The position numbers were made by a program, and so were the translations under genes. A stretch of DNA of 64,000 nt from Thermoproteota archaeon. GTDB taxonomy: Archaea > Asgardarchaeota > Jordiarchaeia > Jordiarchaeales > Freyrarchaeaceae. The notes under the pieces were generated by a model. It ran no database searches, was not told where the DNA came from, and saw only the letters and a list, made by a program, of their open reading frames with translations. Below are positions 9,954 through 17,751 of the stretch, piece after piece (within the stretch, counting starts at the first letter, position 1; each line of letters starts with the position of its first letter). Where the stretch lies: NCBI GenBank assembly GCA_029258835.1, contig JAPDJY010000023.1:1-64000 (forward strand). The letters are read 5' to 3'.

Positions 9954-10796
9954 TTACCTCCCCGCTTCCTCCTTCAGTTTTCGCTCCTCTTCTTCGGGGA
10001 GCTCGTAGGAGTGCTCCAGCGTAGGATACTCACCGCTCCTGACCTCTTCAAGGTATTTTCCGACCGCTTCCTTTATGTACTGTCTTATGTTAGCATACTT
10101 CTTCACGAACCTAGGCTGGAATCCCTCGAAGAATCCTAGCAGGTCGTGTGTCACGAGGACTTGCCCGTCGCAGTGTGCCCCGGCGCCTATCCCTATGGTT
10201 GGAACCGACACCTCCTCAGTTATCATCTTTGCAACTTGCCACGGGATGCACTCGAGGACTATGGAGAAGACCCCCGCCTTCTCGAGGGTCTCCGCGTCCT
10301 CGACGAGCTTCTTGGCTGCTTCGGCAGTCCTCCCCTGAACCTTGTACCCGCCGAACTTGTGGATTGACTGGGGGGTTAAGCCTATGTGCCCCATGACGGG
10401 GATGCCGTTGTCAACTAGCACCTTCACTATCTGGGACACCTCTCTTCCTCCTTCCAGCTTAACCGCCTCCGCGCCGCCCTCCTGGACCATGCGTCCAGCG
10501 TTCTTTACAGCTAGGTCTATGGTTGCGTAGGACATGAAGGGCATGTCCCCGACCACGAGCGCACGTTTAACCCCCCTGCTGACCGCGGCGCAGTGCCTAA
10601 CCATGTCGTCCATGGTCACCGGGATCGTGTTCGCGTAGCCTAGGATCACGTTTCCGAGGGAGTCGCCGACCAAGATTATGTCCACGCCGGCCTCGTCCAG
10701 TATCACCGCCGTCGGGTAGTCGTACGCGGTTAGCATGGTTATCTTTCTACCTTCCTCCTTCATGAGGCGGACGTCTATAATCGTCACCTTACCCAA
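9954..10796 (-). CDS. panB: 3-methyl-2-oxobutanoate hydroxymethyltransferase
   Basis: ITMLTAYDY, ILVGDSLG, AVKLEGG and MGHIGLTPQS motifs; TTG start after GGAGG. Confidence 0.97.
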   Translation of the reverse strand: MGKVTIIDVRLMKEEGRKITMLTAYDYPTAVILDEAGVDIILVGDSLGNVILGYANTIPVTMDDMVRHCAAVSRGVKRALVVGDMPFMSYATIDLAVKNAGRMVQEGGAEAVKLEGGREVSQIVKVLVDNGIPVMGHIGLTPQSIHKFGGYKVQGRTAEAAKKLVEDAETLEKAGVFSIVLECIPWQVAKMITEEVSVPTIGIGAGAHCDGQVLVTHDLLGFFEGFQPRFVKKYANIRQYIKEAVGKYLEEVRSGEYPTLEHSYELPEEEERKLKEEAGR

Positions 10797-11032
10797 CTTT
10801 AAGCCTCCACCGTTTTCTAGAGGGAAAATGGCGGCTTCACGTTTTAAGCGTTTCCGGAGGGGTGCATGGTGCACGTGGCTATCGGCATTTTACGAAGTTG
10901 AGAATGAAAAATTTTCAAACGTCAAATGCCTCAGCCTGCACGGTTTAACAAAGCTTAAATAAACAGGGTATTCCCTGTTAAGGAGGAAACTGTCGAATGG
11001 AGGTGTTGACGGAGGAGAAGGGGGTTTAAAGT

Positions 11033-12961
11033 ATTCCTCGCATTGGAGTGTTCGTATGCTGCTGCGGCAAGAACATAGCGGGAGTCATAGACGTGGAGAG
11101 GCTCAGAGACTACGCGGCAACACTGAGAGACGTGGTTTGCGCTGAAACGTACATCTCGCTCTGCACCGACGCCGGGGCAGAACTAATAAAGTCGAAGATA
11201 GTGGAGCACGGCCTTGAAAGGGTCGTCGTGGCGGCGTGCACCCCAAAGACGCATGAAACAGTGTTTAGGAAGGTGATTTACGATGCAGGGCTCAGCCCAA
11301 GCATGCTCGAGTTCGTAAACATCAGGGAACACGACTCGTTCGTCCACGTGTCCGAGCCGGAGGAAGCCCTGGAGATAGCTAAGGACCTTATTAGGGCTGC
11401 GGTTGCTAAGGCGAGGGAGCTTGAGGAGGTGCCACGCATCCTCCTACCGGTGAAGCCCAGCGCCCTAGTGATAGGCGGCGGAATAAGCGGGATGCAGGCT
11501 GCCCTTGAAATAGCCGAGAGCGGGTTTAAAGTGCACCTCGTGGAGAAGGCTCCATCAATAGGTGGAAGGATGGCCATGCTGGACAGGACCTTCCCAACCA
11601 ACGACTGCGCCATATGAATCCTCGGCCCCTTGATGCTTGAGGTTTCCAGGAAGCCGGAGATAGAGCTTCTAACGTACAGCGAAGTGGAGTCGGTGGAGGG
11701 AGGCATCGGAGACTTCAGGGTGAGAGTGAGGAGGAAGCCGAGGTATGTGAGGGAGGAGGCGTGCACGGGATGCGGTGCTTGCGCCGACGTCTGCCCGGTC
11801 TTCGCGCCGAGCGAGTTCGACCTTGGCCTCGGGTCGAGGAAGGCGATCTACCAGTTTTTCCCTCAGGCTGTGCCGCCAACGTTCATGATAGACATGGACA
11901 GGTGCATCATGTGTGGCCTCTGCGAGAAGGCGTGCGTGCGGGACGCCATAGACTTTAACCAGGAGGAAGAGGTAGTCGACCTTTCGGTGGGAGCGATAGT
12001 CGTGGCTTGCGGGGGGGCCGCCTACGAGCCCAGGGTTGGAGAGTACGGCTACGGAAGGTACGCTAACGTCATAACCCAGTTCCAGCTTGAAAGGCTGCTC
12101 TCACCTAACGGGCCAACCGCAGGGGAGGTTGTTAGGCCCTCGGACGGGAGGAAGCCTAAGAGGGTGGTTATGATCCAGTGCGTCGGGTTCAGGAGCCTGA
12201 AGGAGAACCAGTACTGCTCAAACGTGTGCTGCATGGTTGCGTTGAAGAACGCCATGCTTTTAAAGCAGCACTTGGGGGACGTCGAGGTCATAGTGTGCTA
12301 CACTGACATTAGGGCTTCAGGTAAGGACTACGAGGAGTTCTTCATGCAGGCAAGAGAGCACGACGTAGTCTTTCTGAGGGGACGGGTTGGGGACGTGATT
12401 GAAGACCCTGAAACGGGAAACCTCACCTTGACGGTTGAGGACACGCTCTCTGGGAGGGTCTTGGAGCTGGAGGCTGACCTAGTCGTCCTGTCAACAGGGG
12501 TTGTCCCGTCAAGCGGCCTCAAAGAGATCTCCGACATGCTCAAGCTTGAACGCAGCCCTGACGGGTTCCTAAGGGAGTACCATTCCAGGCTTGCCCCAAC
12601 GGACACGAAGAAGCGTGGAATATTTGTCTGCGGAGACGCTCAGGGACCGAAGGCGATAGACGTCAGCGTGGCTCAGGGTAAAGCGGCGGCCGCATCCGTC
12701 ATAGGCCTGATATCTGCGGGCGAGGTCGAGTTCGAGCTGGGCACCGCCGTCGTCGAGTCTGAAAGGTGCAGTGGCTGCGGAATGTGCGAAATGGTCTGCT
12801 CCTACAACGCTGTGAGCGTCGAGGAGGGGGTTGCAGTCGTCAACGAGCTGGCCTGTAGGGGGTGCGGGAAGTGCGCGGCGGTATGCCCCTCAAAGGTGAT
12901 ACACCTTAGACGCTACAGGGAGCGGCAGCTTGAAGCGTACATCGACAACCTCTTCGTCTAG
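11033..12961 (+). CDS. hdrA: Heterodisulfide reductase subunit A, selenoprotein (Sec UGA at 11615-11617)
   Basis: ORFs 11048-11617 and 11630-12961 are in one frame joined by TGA in LDRTFPTNDCAI-U-ILGP, the known Sec/Cys position; GGGISG FAD motif and ferredoxin motifs; start codon uncertain. Confidence 0.92.
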
Positions 12962-12972
12962 GAGGCGTAACC

Positions 12973-13456
12973 ATGACGGGACGGGAAGACGCTGGAAGGG
13001 TTAAAGGCGTCAAGATAGCCGCGTTCCTCTGCTGGAAAAGGCGCTTCACGCCTCCAGAAGTGAGGGTACGGGGCTGCCGACATGGCTGGGACGATCAGGG
13101 CTCAGTACCCTGCAACCCTTAGACCGGTGAGGGTTCCATGCACGGGTAGGGTTTCAGCGGACCTCATCGCTAGAGCCCTATGGAAGGGAGCCGACGGGGT
13201 CATGGTCGTCGGGTGAAACATCGGGGAGTGCGAGTTCGAAAACGGCAACGTGCTGGCTTCGAGGCAGGTTGAGATGGTCCGGGACATGCTGGAGTTCATG
13301 GGCGTCGGTGCGGAGAGGGTCAAAATGTTCTATTGCTCCTCGGCTGAAGGCAAGTACTTCGCCGACGCTGCAAGGGAGATGAGCGAGAAGGTGAGGATGC
13401 TGGGGCCAAACCCGTTAAAGAGGGAAGCGAATGAGCCTGAGGGAGGAAACCCTTAA
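12973..13456 (+). CDS. vhuD: Hydrogenase iron-sulfur subunit D (MvhD/VhuD), two Sec, spliced: join(12973..13037,13060..13456), 153 aa
   Basis: Spliced translation AFLCWK-U-GYGAADMAG...RVPCTGRV...GADGVMVVG-U-NIGECEFENGN; UGA at 13061-63 and 13214-16 at the two known VhuD Sec positions. Confidence 0.88.
13038..13059 (+). other. 22-nt bulge-helix-bulge intron in vhuD mRNA
   Basis: CUGG/CCAG 4-bp helix, 3-nt bulges AAA and AAG, inner stem AGGCG/CGCCU; canonical cuts restore frame and motif. Confidence 0.82.
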
Positions 13457-13474
13457 AAGGGGGACCCCAGGCGA
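13431..13474 (+). promoter_or_regulatory. SECIS element, eukaryote-like (type 2)
   Basis: AUGA...GA core, helix GCCUG(A)GGG/CCCCAGGC, unpaired AAA 12 nt above the core, apical mini-stem CCCU-UAAA-AGGG; at the 3' end of a two-Sec gene. Confidence 0.72.
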
Positions 13475-13537
13475 CCCCCCCAGGAAGCGTGGGGGACCCG
13501 AGGAAGCCCTCCGGAAGCCGCCCGAGAGAGGAAGCGG

Positions 13538-14578
13538 ATGGGTGAAGGATTGAGAGGCGAAGTGGTGCTCCATGCCACCGGTAGGGAGGAGCCTGTCAAG
13601 ATTATACGCTACGCTCTCAGGCACCTTCTAGAGGAGGGAAGGGTTGACGGCGTGGTGACCGGGCGGCTGGCTGAGGGGGAATGCAAGCCGTCACTTGCCG
13701 TTTCATCCAGCCTTGAGGAGGCTGCATCGGCCCCTGTAGCCCAGATCATACTTTACGGCTACAAGAAGCTGGGCTCGGCGCCAAAAACCCTCGTGGAAAG
13801 GGCGGGGGAGAGGCTTGCCGTGCTCGTGAAGCCCTGCGAGGCGAGGGCGATAGTTGAGCTGGCTAAGAGGAGGAAGGTAAACTTAGACGACGTATACGTT
13901 ATAGGGTTTGACTGTCCGGGCATGAGGAGGGAGGAAGCCCACCCTCCGGAGGAGCTTGGACGCACCCTCAGCGATCCTCCCAGCAGGGAGGAGCTCAGAG
14001 ACGCTTGCAGGAGGTGCGAGGTTCACAGTCCACCCTACGCTGACGTGGTGTTTAGCTTCCTCACAAAGTCGGGGGTTCCAATCGTGGAGGCGAGAACGGA
14101 GAAGGGAGCCGCCCTCGTCATGCACTTAAGGAGTAGGGGGCTGGTGGCTGGGGAGCCAGCCCTCGAAGACGTGCTTGAAAGGGAGGAAGCTATTAGAAGG
14201 CTGGATGAGGAAGGGGGGAGGTGGCTGGTTGAGGAGAGAGAGAGGTGGCTTTCCGCCCCCGAAGAGGAGAGACTATCTTGGTTTAACAGTCAGCTCAACC
14301 TGTGCGTTAAGTGTGGGTCATGCATAAGGGCGTGCCCCCTGTGCTTCTGCAAGGACTGCATCCTCCTCTCCAGGAGGAGGGAGTACACGCCTTCACTCTT
14401 CATAGCCACTAGGATGCTTCACATGGCTGATTTGTGCGTCGGCTGCGGCAAGTGCGACGAGGTATGCCCTAAGAGCATACCGCTCTCCTTCATGTTCTAC
14501 CATGTAGGTAGAATGTTCACTTCGAGGTACGGTTACACGCCGGGAGCAGACTTCTCCAAGCCCCCCCGCATCGTCTAG
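13538..14578 (+). CDS. FdhB/FrhB-family beta-subunit-like protein with C-terminal 2x[4Fe-4S] domain
   Basis: AVLVKPCEARAIVEL, VIGFDCPG, CVKCGSCIRACPLCFC and CVGCGKCDEVCP motifs; follows hdrA-vhuD. Confidence 0.85.
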   Translation: MGEGLRGEVVLHATGREEPVKIIRYALRHLLEEGRVDGVVTGRLAEGECKPSLAVSSSLEEAASAPVAQIILYGYKKLGSAPKTLVERAGERLAVLVKPCEARAIVELAKRRKVNLDDVYVIGFDCPGMRREEAHPPEELGRTLSDPPSREELRDACRRCEVHSPPYADVVFSFLTKSGVPIVEARTEKGAALVMHLRSRGLVAGEPALEDVLEREEAIRRLDEEGGRWLVEERERWLSAPEEERLSWFNSQLNLCVKCGSCIRACPLCFCKDCILLSRRREYTPSLFIATRMLHMADLCVGCGKCDEVCPKSIPLSFMFYHVGRMFTSRYGYTPGADFSKPPRIV

Positions 14579-14604
14579 ACGGGAAGCTGGTTCAACCCAA
14601 TCCT

Positions 14605-15375
14605 TTAAATTTTAAGCTCTAGGCCGTCGTATGCGACGTGGAAAAGTGAGCCCTCCTTCCTCAGCATTTCCTCCAGCACGGCATGGGGGGCTGTCGAGTG
14701 CCCTATGTGGGTGAAGAAGACGCGTCCCACCCCCAACTCCCGGGCAACCCTCACGGCGTCATATATGCCCAGATGGCCGAACCGCTCCCTTAGGGGGGAG
14801 GGAGGGGTTCTGAGGGTTGAGCCGTCGAGGAACGCGACGTCCACTCCCACGCACACCTCACGTCCTCCCGGCGGTATCTCTAGGAAGTCCGGGGCGTAGA
14901 GGAGGGAGGAGGAGCCATCCTCTATCTTGAAGGCGAAGGTTTCGACTCCCTCCGCGTGGACGACCCTAATAGGCGTAAAGGTGAGAGAGCCAACCTCGAA
15001 GGAGGAGGAGGGAAAGAGCATCCATTTGAATCCGAGGTTAGACAGGATCCGGCTGGAGCACACCACGTTCCAGGTCTCCTCCGAAGCGTAAAGCGTGGCC
15101 TTCCCCATCGAGGCAACCTTCCTAGGGGTTAGATCGTTGAGGCCGAGCACGTGGTCGGGGTGTGCATGGGTCAAAACGATGGCTTCAACCTCCTCCACGT
15201 TAAACCTCACAAACTGGTGGTATATGTCCGGGCCAGCATCCACCAAAACACCCTCAACAAGGATGCTCGGCCTCAACCGTTTATCCCTAGGATCCCGGGA
15301 AGAGCAGATGGGACACCTGCAACCAATCCTCGGGTAAGGCCATCCGGAACTCGTACCGAGAACCCTAACCCTCAA
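14605..15375 (-). CDS. MBL-fold metallo-hydrolase, PhnP-like
   Basis: LGTSSG.P..GCRCPIC, THAHPDH and FTHIGH motifs; TTG start at 15375. Confidence 0.88.
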   Translation of the reverse strand: MRVRVLGTSSGWPYPRIGCRCPICSSRDPRDKRLRPSILVEGVLVDAGPDIYHQFVRFNVEEVEAIVLTHAHPDHVLGLNDLTPRKVASMGKATLYASEETWNVVCSSRILSNLGFKWMLFPSSSFEVGSLTFTPIRVVHAEGVETFAFKIEDGSSSLLYAPDFLEIPPGGREVCVGVDVAFLDGSTLRTPPSPLRERFGHLGIYDAVRVARELGVGRVFFTHIGHSTAPHAVLEEMLRKEGSLFHVAYDGLELKI

Positions 15376-15664
15376 CGGGTATCCCCCTAAACTCGAAGAA
15401 GCCGTGAAAGGAAAGGATAGTCCCCCCTTAAAATAGCTTTCTAAACGAGAAGGAAGCCCAAGAGGCACAGTAACCCAGAAACAGGGAGGAAGACGCTTGA
15501 GGGGGAAGGCCGACAACACCGAAAACACCGGAAAACGGGTAATAGGATTGGTAGCCCGGTTTACGTTCAAACATCGGTTTAAAATTCCCGTTTTCATAAG
15601 AATTTCTTAAAGTTAATATTTAAATTTGAGGTAGCGGATTGGTAAGATCGGGGGAAATAGTGTT

Positions 15665-16141
15665 ATGAAAACTTTAGTCGTCTTTTACTCTAGGACGGGA
15701 AATACTAGGTTGGTGGCTGAAGCGATTGCTGAAGACCTGAACGCTGATATTGAGGAAATAAAAGACAAGAAAAATAGGATGGGAGCCACTGGTTTTCTGA
15801 GGTCCGGGTATGAGGCTATATTCAGAAAGCTCACAGACATCTATCCCACTGGCAGGAACCCGGAAGAGTACGACATGGTAGTGGTTGGCTCTCCAGTTTG
15901 GGCGGGAAGGCTATCGTCACCAATAAAAACCTACATGGCCCTAAACGGCCACAAAATCAAGAAAATAGCTTTCTTCAGCACATACGGCATAATCAGCGGC
16001 AAAATTTTCAGACAAATGGAGGAACTCTCGAAACAGCCAATAGCCACACTTAATGTTAAAGAGAAAGAAGTCAAATCAGGCGAATACCTCAAAAAAGTTA
16101 AAGAATTCACTAAAACATTAAAAATTCAATTAAAAAAATAA
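15665..16141 (+). CDS. Flavodoxin-family protein
   Basis: LVVFYSRTGNT and VVVGSPVWAG motifs. Confidence 0.9.
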   Translation: MKTLVVFYSRTGNTRLVAEAIAEDLNADIEEIKDKKNRMGATGFLRSGYEAIFRKLTDIYPTGRNPEEYDMVVVGSPVWAGRLSSPIKTYMALNGHKIKKIAFFSTYGIISGKIFRQMEELSKQPIATLNVKEKEVKSGEYLKKVKEFTKTLKIQLKK

Positions 16142-16213
16142 TGGCGTGATTGCAAACCTTTCTTTATAGCGATTTTATTAATATTTTTATATAATAACGT
16201 TATAAAGCTGGGA

Positions 16214-16894
16214 TTGATGAGGGTTGCTGTTTTATGGAGTGGAGGTAAAGAATCTTGCTTGGCGTGTCATAAAGTGATAACTCAAGGTTATGATGTCGCT
16301 TACATCGTTACGTTTATTGGGAACGAGTCGTTTCTTTGCCATCCCGTCCCGCTCATGTCACTTCAGTCCAGGGCTTTGGGGATCCCACACCTCAAGGTTA
16401 AGGTTCAAGAGCCTTACCGAAAAGGATACATGGAGGCCATCTCCAGGTTGGTGAAAACAGAGAGAATCGAAGGCATGGTAACGGGTGACATATCAATTAT
16501 AGATAATGTTCATGGGGATTGGATTGGAGGTGTTTGTGAAGAAGTCGGTATTGATGTGATAAGGCCATTATGGGGTCTGGGTCGCCACAGAATCTTAGAA
16601 GAGGTGGTTTTGGGTGGATTCAGGGCAATTTTCACGTGTGTGAGACGGCCTTGGTTTGATGAAGAATGGCTTGGTCGTGAGCTTGACATAGATTGCCTTA
16701 AAAGTTTGAAAGCGCTGAGTGATGAGTATGGAATAGACCTTTGTGGAGAAAATGGGGAATATCACACTATGGTAGTTGATGCACCAACTTTCAAAGAAAA
16801 AATTGAAATCTCTAAGTTCAGTAAAGAAGAGAAGAAATCTCTTTTGTTCATAAGTAACATCGAATTTTCTTTAAAGCCAAAGTTTCATGGGTGA
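16214..16894 (+). CDS. Diphthine--ammonia ligase (Dph6)-family ATP pyrophosphatase
   Basis: PP-loop WSGGKES; GDI, PLW and DLCGENGEYHTMVVDAP motifs. Confidence 0.8.
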   Translation: MMRVAVLWSGGKESCLACHKVITQGYDVAYIVTFIGNESFLCHPVPLMSLQSRALGIPHLKVKVQEPYRKGYMEAISRLVKTERIEGMVTGDISIIDNVHGDWIGGVCEEVGIDVIRPLWGLGRHRILEEVVLGGFRAIFTCVRRPWFDEEWLGRELDIDCLKSLKALSDEYGIDLCGENGEYHTMVVDAPTFKEKIEISKFSKEEKKSLLFISNIEFSLKPKFHG

Positions 16895-17006
16895 AAAGCT
16901 TAAATTGAATAAACGGAAGAACCCCCTTCAAATGTATGTGTGCGTGAGCCTCTTATAGAGAAAAACTTTATGAAAAAATGGGTAATCAAGAGAAAGTAGA
17001 TTTAAA

Positions 17007-17131
17007 TGGTAGCCCGGCCAGGATTCGAACCTGGGTCCCAGGGTCCAGAGCCCCGGATGCGTAGCCCCTTGGAGCGCTTGGCCACTATGCCACCTAGCCA
17101 CAACCGTGCTAGGAGGCTACACCACCGGGCT
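17007..17131 (-). tRNA. tRNA-Gln(CUG) with two non-canonical D-loop introns (17116-17085, 32 nt; 17077-17061, 17 nt), CCA encoded
   Basis: Removing both gives the 76-nt AGCCCGG-TG-GTGT-AGTGGCCAA-GCAT-C-CGGGG-CTCTGGA-CCCTG-GGAC-CCAGG-TTCGAAT-CCTGG-CCGGGCT-ACCA. Confidence 0.9.
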
Positions 17132-17363
17132 TCAGCCTCAAGTTTAGACACGAAATTTTATATAGTTTTCGAGTCGAGGGTTTTGGTAACTCTTCGGGAG
17201 ATAAATTTATTATGGGAAGGAGTCAAGGCTGTTGAAAGCAGGCATGGTGAGGGCTCTTCTTTTACCTGTCTGATATGCGGGTTCAGCTGGTGAAATGCCT
17301 GAATGGGCGATTCCTATTGCTTAAACGTGGAGGTTTCCAAGGCTAAATGGAAGGATACGGAAG

Positions 17364-17678
17364 CTACATCTCCCTGAGGTATCTTTCGCCCTTCCTCGTG
17401 ATCTCCCAGACTTCTATTTTGTTGATGAAGCCCTTCTCCCTCAACCCCTCCAGAAGGGATGCGAGGGCTTCCCTTTGCACGGGCTCCTTCCCCACAGCCT
17501 TTCGCGGAGCGTTGAACTCCGACAGGATCTGGTCTAGCAGCTTACGCTGCCTAGATAGGATCTCAAGCACGAAGACCTCGTCGTCGCTCAGCCTCTCCTC
17601 GAGGGGGGGACGCTCCAGCTTCCCCCTAGCCTCAGCCCATTCGGGAACCCTGCCTGACCCACCGCCTTCCCTCTCCAT
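17364..17678 (-). CDS. Small hypothetical protein, winged-helix-like C-terminus
   Basis: LEGLREKGFI...WEITRKGERYL pattern; directly downstream of fusA. Confidence 0.6.
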   Translation of the reverse strand: MEREGGGSGRVPEWAEARGKLERPPLEERLSDDEVFVLEILSRQRKLLDQILSEFNAPRKAVGKEPVQREALASLLEGLREKGFINKIEVWEITRKGERYLREM

Positions 17679-17751
17679 CCTAACATCTCCAATACCTAGA
17701 GGAATGGTGGACGGAAATATTGATCGGGTTCAACCCCTTAAAGCTTTCCTG

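Noticed and set aside
11012-11045. A second BHB intron removing the TAA at the hdrA start
   Set aside because: A GAGG/CCUC helix exists, but the flanking stems are only 1-2 bp and the splice would delete the conserved Pro-Arg.
11048-12961. hdrA as two genes or a pseudogene
   Set aside because: The single in-frame TGA is at the known Sec position, the frame continues, and a SECIS-like element lies downstream.
13036-13060. Simple sequencing indel or ribosomal frameshift as the cause of the vhuD break
   Set aside because: Either would leave ~7 extra residues inside the C-x-x-U motif; only the 22-nt BHB excision restores exact spacing.
17006-17293. 95-aa ORF
   Set aside because: Overlaps the tRNA-Gln gene antisense.
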